Source of the DNA: Eledone cirrhosa
Lineage: Eukaryota
NCBI GenBank assembly: GCA_964016885.1
Contig: OZ024747.1
Span: 85,064,001-85,128,000, forward strand
Length of the DNA stretch: 64,000 nucleotides
Direction: 5' to 3'
Shown piece after piece: positions 26,117 through 38,927 of the stretch (positions are counted from its first letter, which is position 1; each line of letters starts with the position of its first letter). The notes under the pieces are model-generated. The model did not search any database. It saw nothing but the letters and a program-made list of their open reading frames with translations, and had not been told where the DNA came from. The position numbers and the translations under genes are program-made.

Positions 26117-26724
26117 CTAGCTGAATTACCCGTGCCTTGCTGCATTTCACACATTTTTTTTGTAAGAAAATGATGATTGATTTTAAATCAATGACATAAT
26201 TTATGGAGAAAAAATAAAGAGAAAATGTTAAAAAAGTAGAGGCATTAACTAATAATTTTTGTTGTCAATTCTAGTGATGTTTTGCCACAGATAAACTGTC
26301 TAAATTAGCCAAATTTTACTATAAAAGAGAGGTGCTTTTTTTTGTTGATTTACGTTTAATTAATAGAAAACCCCTGTGATAATAGAGGTTCCAATACTCA
26401 AGTTATGGGCTTCCAAAATTTTCACTATAGGGGGTTTAACCCCCATTAGGGTGTCTTAATATTATTGAAATTTGCTTAAATTTTGTGAATAGGCATCATA
26501 TCTTGTCATTTACCTATGGTTTAAATCTCATATAAATCAAAGGGATAACATTTTCAGCGGGGTTTGTGCCCCCGGTAAACCCTTTGATTAAAATGAAATA
26601 TACTTATCTAAGTACCCTGGGCAATGTAGTTTCAGAATATATATGGTTATGGGAGTCTATTTCCAAAACCACAGGAGTTTGTGAACAAACAAACAGACAG
26701 GAACTACAACTTTATATATAGAGA
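26117..26724 (-). mobile_element. Non-autonomous Helitron-type element
   Basis: On the minus strand it starts A|TCTCTATATATAAAG and ends GCACGGGTAATTCAGCTAG|T, with a decayed subterminal hairpin and no TSD. Confidence 0.65.
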
Positions 26725-28537
26725 TTATGGTCCTGTTTTTGAAGAGTTCTTAATGTATTTGAGAAAAAAAAGAACAGTTATCCAAAAATGTCATGCTATA
26801 TTTAGTTTAATGTTTTAAGTAAAGGTTCAAGTATACTTTATGTTCATATAATAAAGATACAGGTTGGCAGATGCACTGAAGTAGTTGACAGCTCCTGTTA
26901 CCTAGGTGGCTTAACTCTTAACATCCTAGACTGCTTCAAAATGACGTTACAATGATTTAATTGATGAATTAATAGTTGATATGAATGTTTTACGTTTGAA
27001 GATGTTTGTATGATAATGTCTGTTATTAATAATATTTAAGAGATGTTTGTTTGATGGTTGGTTGGTTCCTTCATGCTCACTCACACAAGTGATACAAACA
27101 TACAGCAGTGACGAATCTTAGAACGTTGGAATTCTATAGTTTCTCACTCCCTCCTCCTTCCTCAGTCGACTTAATCACCCCTTCATCCATCAGTCAACAT
27201 AATCACCCCTTCCTTCATCAGTCATCTCTAGTGCTTTATGGACAAATACACACGGCTTTTATATTAGTAGATGGTCTCTTCCCAAATAATGATACTATAA
27301 ACATTTGAATTAACAAACCCATCTTTTTAACATTCTGCTAAATCATTACAGGAGGTTAAGAGTTAATCAAGAGTGAAGTTGGATGCTGCAAAAACATAGA
27401 TACCAAAGTAAGGGCAAGGTTAGTTATCTCTGGTCTAAAAAGAAAGAATTTGTCTCTCTGAGTGAATAGCAGATCAGATGATACTTGTATATAAAATGGG
27501 ATATTGCAAGGTAGTAAAATAGATGCATTAAACCCTTTGTTACCACATTTCTAATGAAATACTTTGTACTTTTACCCTTTAGCATTTAAACCGGCCATAA
27601 TTCTCTCACCTCTTTCTGTTCAAACCGGCCGTAACTGACTGCTCATACTGATGTTAAGGTATGGTTCACAAAATAAATAATATCAAAATCTCATAGATTC
27701 GATATTATATGAGATAGATCCTTTTATCATGAAAATATAATAGTAAATATAGAGTAGTGTAAATGCTAAAGGGTTAAGTAATTTATGAACAATTTGAGTA
27801 TTTACTAAAATATTTCATTAAGATGATATTTGTAAAATAGCAAAATATTCTTATATGTTGACTGGTTTTAATATTGAAATATAATTGAAATTACTCAACA
27901 CCAACCAGTATTGAAGAGATTCTTTTTTTACCAGTTAGCCTTAACCTTTCCATATTTGCCTTGTGTGATATATCTACTTTGATCACTGAGTGAAAATACT
28001 AGAGTGTTCAGATGAAGAAAGACATATGCTTCATCAAAAAGTTCTTGCTAATTGAAAATCCTTAATCTTTGAACTAGCAGATTAAATAGTTTGGCTCTGG
28101 CTTCAAATCCCACCAAAGTCAACTTCATTTTTCATCCTTTTGGGATCAATAAATAAAGTATCAGCCCTGGGCAGAATTATTAAAGAGTTGTTTACGGTAT
28201 CTGATCAGATTCTGTGCATTTTGAGTTCAAATCCTTCTGCCAAGAGTTGTGATCAATAGATGGTATCATCAATGAAAATATCAAAGGGAACATTACTTCT
28301 TTGGACTGATCTAACAATCATTCCCCTTTCCTTCTTTTCCAAATCTGATTTATTTGGCCTCCTATAGGTTATATGTCATAGGTTCCTTGGGTGCTTTTAG
28401 TCATACCATGAAATGGAACATCTTGTTCAAGAACATGTCCCTAACCACTAGGCCATGTACTAATCTCTAGTTCCCAGCCAGCTTATGTAATATAACTTCT
28501 TTACAGGACTTGCTGTTTCTTCACACCTGTATTGTTT

Positions 28538-30091
28538 AAGTAAGCCACTCTACCTGGCATTTGTCGACCTTGAGAAAGCCTTTGACAGAGTTCCACGTGC
28601 TGTAATCTGGTGGGCTCTTAGAAAACTAGGAGTAGATGAATGGCTTGTGAAAACGGTACAAGCCATGTATAGGGGAGCAGTCAACAAAGTTAGGATTAGC
28701 AATGAGTATAGCGAGGAATTTAGCGTACAGGTTGGGGTCCACCAGGGCTCTGTTCTTAGCCCCCTCCTGTTCATCATAGTCCTGCAGGCAATAACGGAGG
28801 AGTTTAAGACCGGATGCCCATGGGAACTCCTGTATGCTGATGATCTCGCACTTATAGCTGAATCTATGGTAGAACTAGAGAAGAAATTCCAAACATGGAA
28901 GCAGGGACTAGAAAGAAAGGGTCTCAAAGTCAACATGACAAAGACTAAGGTCCTTGTAAGTATACGAGAAAACAGAACCTAGATCCCCTCAGGGAAATGG
29001 CCTTGCTCAGTATGTAGGAAAGGTGTAGGTAGGAACTCCATTCTCTGCCCCAAATGCAAACAATGGGTACACAAGAGATGTAGCGGGATCTCAGGAAGCT
29101 TAATTAAGAATGTAGGATTCACATGCAGCAGCTGTGCTGAAACAGCAAGCAAACAGCCACAGGAAACAAGTACCACCAATCTCTGGGAGGGCTCTGTAGA
29201 AACAGTAGACAGCTTCTGCTACCTAGGTGACCGAATTAGCAGCGGAGGTGGGTGTTCAGAAAGTACAATAACTAGGGTAAGAACGGGATGGAAGAAGTTT
29301 AGGGAACTACTACCACTGCTAGCTGCAAAAGGCTTCTCCCTCAAAATGAAAGGCAGACTGTATGATGCGTGTATCCGAACAGCGATCTTGCATGGTAGTG
29401 AGACCTGGGCGCTGACGGTGGAAGACTTATGTAGATTAGAGAGAAACGAAGCCTGCATGCTCCGATGGGTGTGTAATAGTAATATACGTGAACGACAAAG
29501 CATAAATGAATTGAGAGAGAGACTGAGCATAAGAGGAATCAAATGCTGTGTGCAGGAGAGGCGGTTGCGTTGGTATGGACATGTGATGCGTATGAAGGAT
29601 GACAGCTGCATAAAAAGGTGCAGAGCACTAGAAGTCGATGGAAACCGCGGAGTGGGGAGACCCAAGATGACCTGGGATCAGGTGATAAAAGCCGACCTTA
29701 CCCAATTACACCTCTCAAAGGCGATGACACACGACCGTGACCTCTGGCGTCACGCAGTAATACAGAGTACCCCATCTCCCATGGGTACAAGCTGAAGCAT
29801 ATAGACAATATGCCCTCACACCCCCACTGCAAGGTGGTCGTGGAGGTGCCATGGCAAAAAAGCACCCAGCCCACACTGTAAAGTGGACGTGTAGGCGCCA
29901 CGAAAAAGCACCCTGCACTCACTGTAAATGAGGTTGGTGTTAGGAAGGGCATCCAGCTGTAGAAATCAAGCCAAATCAGTTCCTGTATGAGCAAGGCATG
30001 GTCAGCCGACCAGACACTGCCCACAACAGGACAACCCGTCTAACCCATGCTAGCGTGGAAGAACGGACGTAAAACGATGACGATGATGATG
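28538..30091 (+). mobile_element. 5'-truncated RTE-clade LINE with RT, an embedded PHD finger and a (GAT)n tail
   Basis: FVDLEKAFD, GVHQGSVLSP, LYADDL and RLRWYGHV are all in one frame, with a single TAG at 28980-28982. Candidate TSD ATTGTTT at 28531-28537 and 30092-30098. Confidence 0.92.
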
Positions 30092-31327
30092 ATTGTTTGT
30101 CTTTATAAACCAGGGTCCCAAACATAAATCAATCAATTCGCAGAATCAGTTACCAACAACTCCTCTCTCTCTCTCTCATAAGTCTTGCAATTCACTATTC
30201 CCCATCCTTTCAATCACATTAATTGCACCAATTTCACACATCTCCACTCTACTGATCACCATAAGGAATCTAAGAAGGCAAGAAAAACGTTGGTTTGATA
30301 TTAAAAAACCAATAACTATTGGTTTATACTTAATTATGTATTATTACACATGTAGATGATATACTGGTATGTGTATGTAGTTCTAGACTTAAAAAGAGAC
30401 AAACAGATACAAATACACAGTCTTCCTAGTTTCAAGCTTATTGAGAAAGCAAGACGTGTTTTCCAGGACCGTGTAATCTCAAACCGTGATGATTCGTCTA
30501 GCCCATGCTACCATGGCAAACAAACATATGATAATAGCATAAACAGGATACTAATAAATAATACAGTGGATTATGTATATATGTGCGTCCATTTCCATGA
30601 ATGAGGAAGGGCATGAACGACACGCCGACCCATTTTCCTTTTCCTATATGGATGCGAGATTCACACCTCAGGAAATCACAAATACGTGACTATATGCACG
30701 TATAAATTAAATATATACAATGATTAAGAAACCAAAATATTTATACTGCTAATCGATCTAACGAAATCTATTTTGGGAGGACAGACATACTAAAGATGAA
30801 CAAAAGGGGAGATAGATAATAAGAGCCGACATAATTGATAGATCGGAGCTAAAGAAACAGAAAAATGTCTTCCATAATATTAATAAAATAGCCGCACGAT
30901 ATTGAAAAATCGATCTAGTATTAATGACAACGAATAAATCGGTGTTTTATGCATGACAATTCATTTTCATTTCAGTAGAGTTCGATTTTCATCGTCTTAA
31001 AACACATATGTGCTGTATGTGGAGGTCGATAGATAAACTGTACTTGTACATAATATGCACAACTTGATGTAGTAATGTTTTGTTGTATTTAATTACATTT
31101 TCATATATATATATAATATTGAGTACTCATTCTCGAGACAGTCAATATTAAGCGAATAGCCCGTGCTAAAGCAATTGTAAACGGATTGTATTAAACTTTA
31201 TATATGTATATATATATATATATGTGTGTATTGAAGTTTCCGTTGAAAATCGAAAAAGTCATAGGAGTGAAAAGTGCTCTATGTAAGTTACAGAGCTAAA
31301 TTTAATGTATAATAAACAATACAATAT

Positions 31328-31405
31328 AATTACCTCATTACCAGAGGTTTCCCGAATAAGACGAATACAAGAAACGTCCTCATTCGTTCGTCAGACAAGG
31401 CAATT
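31328..31405 (-). ncRNA. Type I hammerhead motif, family B
   Basis: Minus strand reads AATTGCCTTGT CTGACGA a-CGAATGAgGACG...CGTCTTATTCG-g GAA ACC-tct-GGT A ATGAGGTAATT. Helix I is 11 bp with G-U pairs; stem II is long. Confidence 0.75.
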
Positions 31406-31770
31406 TAAAACAGTGAAATATTTGAAAAATCTCCTCAAGAAATATATATATATAATGTGTGTCTGTGTGACACAGTAAATTTGTATGTACTCTTATACGT
31501 GTGTAATTCAATTTATAATTTTTCAAAGAAAATCTTCCAAAACACATCCAGTGAGGAAAGAGGTTAAGACAGCTTCACAAACACACTTAAAAAAGGGGAC
31601 AATACAAATATATATATATAAAGAAACTTAAGACACCACACCACCTACGCAAGCATCCATAAAAATAAGACTGATTCTATGTCACATAAACACTACAACT
31701 ACCAAAAGCTACAACACAATTCCATTAAAACGATTTGAAAATGGTATTTTTTTTATAAGTAAACCCTTAC

Positions 31771-32260
31771 CATGTGGATTTGACAGCGTAAAGTTTAGCG
31801 GTTCGATGTTGGGCAAATCAGTCCATAACACATAACCTTAATCAACAAACGGGTCATATCAAGGATATTTTCCCTTCTTACTTCTCTTCGCTTAATAGTC
31901 AACAATGAAGCTATACAATACTAACATTAATAGTAACAAAGTACATCACCATTATAAAAATGTTCGTCTTTCCTTCTTATTATTAATATATTATGTATGT
32001 TATCTAATGTGTGTTATTCGTTTACTCTCTCGTTTTTCTTCTTTCTTTCCTTCTTTTTTATCTCTCTATATCTTTTACTCTCTCTTTCTGTCACTGTCAT
32101 GGAGAGTTAGAAAGAGAACATAGTATAACATTGGTTATCTCCCTTGTCATTTTATTACTTTTTTTTCTTACTCCAGTCGCTCCATCATTTATTTATTTTG
32201 ACCTCGCCGTGTCATTGAGGAACGAACCAGTTCCGCCATCACGTTCCCGAATAACTTACA
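31771..32260 (-). promoter_or_regulatory. Candidate non-coding first exon/promoter region of the ROCO gene
   Basis: Donor ATG|gtaagg at 31771/31770. By eye the sequence is non-repetitive and locally richer in CpG (30.6-32.6 kb) than the gene body. The exon at 20456 has an acceptor, so an upstream exon must exist; this assignment is inference. Confidence 0.3.
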
Positions 32261-32384
32261 AAAAAAAAAAAAAAAAGTAAAAGTAGAAAAAAATGAATGA
32301 TCTTTATTTCATTTGTCAACAACAAAAAAACCAAAAAAAAACCCATCATGTAATCATATATATATATATATATACAAGTGGATG

Positions 32385-32445
<61 letters not shown>

Positions 32446-32714
32446 GAGGAGACGAGCGGATGTCGAAATTTAAAATTTCCACCCATAATTGATCTTTCGC
32501 CGTGTTCGATTTTTCGATTGAATATTCGTATAGATTTTGTAAGAAATATCAAAATAATTATGCATCTTGCCCGCAATGTATCTTTGCACACCCTCCCCTC
32601 TGCCTCTCATCTCATGCTTATAAAACTGAATCTAAAACCCTGAAAACTCCTTCGTTTTGTTCTTCTCTGTTCTTGCCATTCTCTTTACTATCCATTCATA
32701 AACAAACTTTTTCA

Positions 32715-32870
32715 GTTTGTGGCACTCCAGCTAGGTCTCTGACAATGAAGTTTTTGTCACTGTTGGCGACTGGCCTTACTGAAGTATCAGGTGATACTCG
32801 TGGGGGTGCTTGGCTATTCCAGCGCCTTAGCCTCACTATCATTCGCACCAATTCCTTATGTGTTTTGACT
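32715..32870 (+). mobile_element. CRE-type retrotransposon C-terminal fragment
   Basis: FLSLLATGLTEVSGDTRGGAWLFQRLSLTIIRTNSLCVL. Confidence 0.65.
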
Positions 32871-34163
32871 AAAAATGTTTTTGGAAGAAAAACACCAGCA
32901 TTTCCTGTTTTAGCGTTTAATTGAGTGAGCCCGTCTTTTCGAGTTTTTTTCCTCATTAAGCTCTATTACAATAATTGTTTTTACTTTTGGCACAAGGCCA
33001 GCAATTATCCCAGTGTATTACTGGTACTTTATTTTATCGACCCCGTAAGGATGAAAAGCAAAGTTAACCTCGGCAGGATTTGAACTCACACCATAGTTCT
33101 ATTGCAATAATGAAATCATTTTTAAATTAAATAATAAACAAGAGAGAAAAAGTTAAATGCAGGTGGAAGGGAAAAAGTAGGACAAACTCTACGCCCTTAG
33201 CTGAAAGGTATATCTGTGCTGCATCCCATGAACAAGATGGTAAAAATATTACCGTGGAGAACTGCCAGCAACACCCACAACATCAGCCATGCTACCTCAC
33301 AGGGTTTCTTCTGACAAAATTCATTTCTCCCTATTCTCTAGAGGAAAACGACAGTTTGGGGAGTGAAGACACCAGTAATCTCTATAGCAACTGGCATAAA
33401 AAGGAAGCAGTTGGTCAAGTTCTGGTATATAGTATCTTCTGCTCCTCTCTGTTAAGGGTGACCATGTTCAGATTTGTTGCCAGGCAATGAGATTGATTTG
33501 TTTCTTTTTCAGTTTGCAATAGGAAGGGTATCCCACTGTAGAAACCATGGAAAAAGGGTCAAGAGGACTCTCGGTGTGTCAGGGGCTTAACAACCTCTCT
33601 AGTGTTGGTGATTTACATGATAAATGCACCCAGTACACTCTGTAAAGTGGTTGATGATAGGAATGGCATCCAGCCATAGAAGACTTGTCAAACAAAGGAT
33701 CAGGAAGACTATTCAGCTATGCCAAAGACATAACAATTTCCCTGGTGTTGGTACCACAATAAAATGCGCTTGGTAGAGCACAAAATCATATATTGGGACC
33801 TCGGTTCACCTGGAGGTCAGAGGCTTTACTTGAATAATGACCAGTCTGTGAAATCCTGGTAACAGGGATAATGGCTGCTAAATGATGATGATGATGATGA
33901 AAGAGTAACTCAAGTCATATCTTCTTTATTCATCCTCACCTTTGTCTTTCATATAATACAATAGAATAAAACACCTGAGATCAAACTGATCAAAACACAG
34001 TATGAATGATAAATATTGACAATTCTTTCATTTCTAGAGATGAGGTTAACAATCCCCAAACTTATCTCAATAGCTCTTCACATTCTGTAATGATTTAGCA
34101 GAAATATTTGAAAAATAGGTTTATTATAAATGTTTATAGTATCTTTAATACTGAACAGATTTA

Positions 34164-34420
34164 TTGTAAAGTGGTTGTGTGGGCGACATGACAAAAAGCA
34201 CCCAGCCCACACTGTAAAGTGGTCATGTAGGTGTCACAACAAAAAGCACCCAGCCCACACTGTAAAGTGTTTGTGTAGGTGTCACTACAAAAATCACCCA
34301 GCCCACACTGTAAAGAGGTATTGTAAATGCCACAATAAAAAGCACCCAGCCCACACTATAAAGTATTTGTGTAGGTGTCACGACAAAAAGCACCCAGCCC
34401 ACACTGTAAATATTGTTGGC
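34164..34420 (+). repeat. 48-bp tandem repeat (~5 copies) within an RTE-tail SINE
   Basis: aaaaagcacccagcccacactgtaaag recurs every 48 bp; the same module is in the RTE 3'UTR at ~29856-29930. Confidence 0.9.
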
Positions 34421-35159
34421 TTTAGGAAGGGCATCCAGATGTAGAAACGAAATCAGAAATAGTTCTGTATGAGCAGGACACAGTCACCTGACCTGACTTG
34501 CCTCAAATGGCACAACCCATCTAACCCATGCTAACGTGATGATATGGACTGTGTATTGTGATAAAAATACTGTCACAAAAGGGTTAAGGGGCAGGTAGTC
34601 CAATTGAATAAAGAATAAAAAGAAAATTGCCCCAAAAAACTTCTTTCTCCTCCTCCTCCTCCTCCTCCTCCTTCTTAAAATGTTAAACAAATTATATTAT
34701 GTTACTGGAAATAACAGTTATAACATAACTTTTAAAATATTTGAATTCCTATGGAAAGCACAATAGATATGAGCAAGAAATACCTATGTATCAAAGATGA
34801 AAGAGATAAATGATATGATGGAATTATAAGTGAAATTTATATGACTAATGAATACTTATAATTCCAATAATAAATTGTAGTTTTATACATAATACATAAA
34901 CACTAATGCATACACATGTGTATACACACGTGTTTTTTTTGTTTTTTTTTTGTTAGTGTTATCATTTATATATATTTATTGGTTTAGGAAATATCGGTCG
35001 TGAGAAGGAGTTTTCTATACTATAGTAGAGATTAATAGTTTTAAGGTCGAGTTAGAAGCTATCGTGTTAAATTCAAAATACTTTACTATGTCTAGCTATA
35101 CTATAATACAAGTGGTGTGTATATAAAACCATTAATCTGGATACCTAAATATGGAATGT

Positions 35160-35348
35160 TACATGATGTCGCAGACTGCACCAGGTTGCAGCTGCAGAAA
35201 GTGTCGGTGCAAGTAGCATCCCAGACGAGGGGTTTGCCACTGTGGAACGGGAAGATGGTCATGCCAGCTGGCCTTTTGTCGTCCCCTCGGTTCAGCCCCA
35301 CCGGCTCGAGCTGGAAAGGGAAGCCCGCAGCGTCCAAGCCATGCTTTA
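35160..35348 (-). mobile_element. CRE-type non-LTR retrotransposon fragment (restriction-like endonuclease region)
   Basis: EPVGLNRGDDKRPAGMTIFPFHSGKPLVWDATCTDT matches the EPxGLxRxDGKRPDG...GKxLVWDxTC signature. Confidence 0.75.
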
Positions 35349-35370
35349 TGAGTATATATATATATATATA

Positions 35371-36510
35371 TCATCATCATTATCACGATTTAACATCCAT
35401 TTTTTTTCCATGCTAGTATGGCTTAGACGAGTTGTCCTGTTGTGAGACAAGCCAGATTAGTTGACCAGGTCTTGCTCATACAGAACTGATTTGGGCTTGG
35501 TTTTTACAGCTGGATGCCCTTCCTAATGCCAACCACATTTACAGTGTGTACTAGGTGCTTTTTGTTGAGACACCTACACGACTACTTTACAGTGTGGACT
35601 AGACACTATTTGTTATGGCACCAAAACAACCACAACAACTGGGGACTTCGGTGGTGACGGTGTATGGTGATTGGGAAGGTAGATCTGGGACATGGGTGAG
35701 TTTTGAGGTGTTAGGGCGTGGGTGGGTGTGTTATGATGTGGGAGGTGAAGGTGCATACTTGATGTATGCTTCAACATCTGCACATGGGAAGGTATGTCTT
35801 TTGTATTACTGTAAAACACCAGAGATCTGAGTTCCATGTCATTGCTTTCGAGAAGTGCAGTTGTGTAAGGTCAGCTTTTGTCACCTCATCCCTAGTCTTC
35901 CTAGTCCATAACTTCTATCAACTTTAAGCACTCTACATTTTTTTGTACAGTTGTCATCCCTCATATGCATCACATGTCCATACCAGCACAATCTCCTCTC
36001 CTGCACACTGCATCTGATCCCTCTTATGCCCAGTTTCTCTCTCAGTTCATTTATACTTTGCTGTTCATGTATATTACTATTACACATCCATCAAAGCATG
36101 CAAGCTTAATTTCTTTTCAATCTGTGCAGGCCTTCTGCACATAGTCCCCAGGCCTCGCTACCATGCAACATTGCAGTTCACATACACACATCATACAATC
36201 TGCCCTTTGTTTTGAGGGAAAGACCTTTTGTAGCTAGCAATGGTAGTAGTTCCCTGAACTTCTTCCACCGCATTCTCAGTCTGGCTACATTACTTTCGGG
36301 ACACCCACCCCCACTGCTGATTTGGTCAGCCAGGTAGCAGAAGCTGTATACTGCTTCACAGAATCCACCAAGTATTTTATAGTGCTTGTTTCTTGTTGGT
36401 GATTACTGCTTACTGCCACATGTAAAACCTATGTTCTTAGCTAAACTACCTGAGATCCCACTACAACCCTTGTGTAGACATAGTTTGCATTTGGGACAGA
36501 GGATGGAATT
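35371..36510 (-). mobile_element. Older degraded copy of the same RTE family
   Basis: Reverse-complement similarity to 29040-30090 (SVQERRLCWYGHV, CYL, PHD remnant) with a (GAT)n tail. Confidence 0.85.
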
Positions 36511-36756
36511 TTATATTAAGAACAAAATGAGGTCTCACATTGAGCTTTTTATTTATTAAGCTCAGTTACAAACGAAAGGTGACTCAGGATCCGTATTAAT
36601 GTTCTAGACCCATCTTTGGCCCCAATCTGTTCATCAGACTTGTTACTCAAGCAAAACCAAAATCTCGTTTGAGGGCATCCCATCCCAAATGGTGTACATA
36701 TACATGTACACCATTGCAATATATATATATATATATATCTTTAATCTGTTATTTTA

Positions 36757-36790
<34 letters not shown>

Positions 36791-36797
<7 letters not shown>

Positions 36798-36903
36798 TGA
36801 GATTCTACAGGACTAGAACTGTTTCATTCATTAGAAATCATCAGGATTCCTGATGATTTCTAATGAATGAAACAGTTCTAGTCCTGTAGAATCTCATCTA
36901 TAT
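36791..36903. repeat. Perfect palindrome, 56-bp arms with a 1-nt centre
   Basis: Symmetric about T36847. Confidence 0.95.
36845..36893 (+). ncRNA. Type I hammerhead motif, family D (mirror copy on the minus strand at 36801-36849)
   Basis: GATTC CTGATGA tTTCtaatGAAt GAA ACAG-ttctagtc-CTGT A GAATC. Lies within the perfect palindrome 36791-36903. Confidence 0.72.
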
Positions 36904-36976
36904 TAAAACTGTTATACTCTGCTATGTATTGAGTACCTTACTTACTGTGGTTACCTCCGATTCAACCCGGAATAAC

Positions 36977-37062
<86 letters not shown>

Positions 37063-37311
37063 AAAAGATAACATTTATTGGTAGGTGACGCGCGTTTCGC
37101 CTCTGATCAGCTCAAGGTTCGATCTGTATCGATCTTACCCGACTCTATAATCCGCAGCTCGACGGACTCTTTAAAATGGTAGTAGAAAATCGTCCTTGTT
37201 ATCTTTCCAATATAATACACTCTGTATAGCTCTACACCTCGACACAGAAGTGAATCTAAACATCGAGTGCTCACTCGGGTGTGAACCTACAGTAACTCCA
37301 AGTTACACTCC

Positions 37312-37357
<46 letters not shown>

Positions 37358-37433
37358 ATATATATATATATATATAATAATTATAATGAAATGACAGGAG
37401 GCTGGATTTGTGTAAATCCTTGAAAGGTTTATT

Positions 37434-37491
37434 ATACTATGATCATTTCAATGACTGGGTTCCGTATGAATTCGGTGATATCATCAGGTAT
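37434..37491 (-). ncRNA. Type I hammerhead motif, family E (inverted duplicate)
   Basis: Reverse-complement copy of 37595-37652 with a few substitutions in stem II; the core is intact. Confidence 0.68.
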
Positions 37492-37594
37492 TCGAAATAT
37501 AATACGTGAATGTAATAGATAAAATCCATGGGGCTGAAAATCGAGGACCGGCGGGCGACCGCTATTCTGTTCCTTCAACCTCAGCATATTTCGA

Positions 37595-37652
37595 ATACCT
37601 GATGATATCACCGGATTCATACAGAACCCGGTCATTGAAATGATCATAGTAT
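37595..37652 (+). ncRNA. Type I hammerhead motif, family E
   Basis: ATAC CTGATGA tATcACCGGaTTC-ataca-GAAcCCGGTcATt GAA ATGATCAT A GTAT, then AATAAA. Helix III is palindromic. Confidence 0.72.
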
Positions 37653-37843
37653 AATAAACCTTTCAAGGATTTACACAAATCCAGCCTCCTGTCATTTCAT
37701 TATAATATTTAACTCCGTAATAGCACCACCAACTACAAAAACAAAGACGGTTGAACTGCCTTACGTTGAGTACTCTCTATATTATTACATTACGATTGAC
37801 CATACGGAATAGACCAGCTCTATACAGTGGTGAACCTCAAACC

Positions 37844-37905
<62 letters not shown>

Positions 37906-38305
37906 CACACACATATATATATATATAAAAGGTAAACAGAAATAACAACGCAATCGGTACAGCATAAGGGTGAGAACAAGCTCAGCCAGACGGAGAAGAG
38001 TATGTATGTATTATAAATTTGGGATAACTCATCGCTGCTGCTTAAGGAATTCCTTCTGAAGCTCTTCCACAGATTCGGCTATAAGAACTAAGCAATCATT
38101 ATACAAAAGTTTCTCTGCCCTCACAAGCTACTCATGTACACACAGAAATGGTAAAGTACGATATGTTGACATACTATCTAGACTCGAGATAGTTTGGCAA
38201 CATATCGCATCTAGATTTTAAAGAAAGATATGTAGTCTAAGGCACATTTAAACAAGGGAAATAACTTTTATAAATTAACAACAATTAACTCCCATATATA
38301 TAGTA

Positions 38306-38565
38306 TACATGGTGACCCAAAAATTTCAGCCAAATCTGAACCAATTTAACTAGAAAACTTGCACACTAGTTTTTAACATTATCAGCAATGTTACAGCAAA
38401 AAAGTATTCAATAAATCCCCCTTGTTTCTTTATTACAGCCTTAAATCTACAAGACACTGCTTCAACAACGGCACGCAAGACTTCTAGCGGTATTTTATCC
38501 CATTCACGCTGCAGAGACCTCTTCAAATCCGCTACTGTACGATGAAATTTAGCACAAGTATATGG
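38306..38565 (-). mobile_element. Tc1/mariner 3' fragment with terminal repeat
   Basis: LKRSLQREWDKIP...RFKAVIKKQGGFIE, ending in ttttgggtcaccatg-TA. Confidence 0.75.
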
Positions 38566-38927
38566 ATAGTTTTCGCTCATGAACTCTTATCATTTTGTTG
38601 TATTGTATTTTGTTGGGATCCAGAACATCCTGGCTAGGCACTCTAATTCCCTAAGGAATTTGTTTTCACCAACTTCTGTGATTATCTTTTTTGTTTGTTT
38701 GTTACTTTTAATTTATTTTCATTCTATAATAATAATAATTGTTTCTACTTTTGGAACAAGGCCAGCAATTACTCAGTGCATTACTGGTACTTTATTTTAT
38801 CGACCCTGTAAGGATGAAAGGCAAAGTTAACCTCGGCAGGATTTGAACTCAGATCAGAAAGGGGCGTAACTCTGTGCTACAAAGCATGTTGTCCGACCCT
38901 CTACCGATACTGCCAAACCACCATTCT

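Larger units (their letters stand above)
37380..37706. repeat. Inverted repeat, 121-bp arms (37380-37500 / 37586-37706)
   Basis: Direct reverse-complement match with few substitutions. Confidence 0.95.

Noticed and set aside
27120-27230. Minus-strand CTGAGGA...GAAACTATAG hammerhead-like string
   Set aside because: No stem II, no helix I and no UH after helix III.
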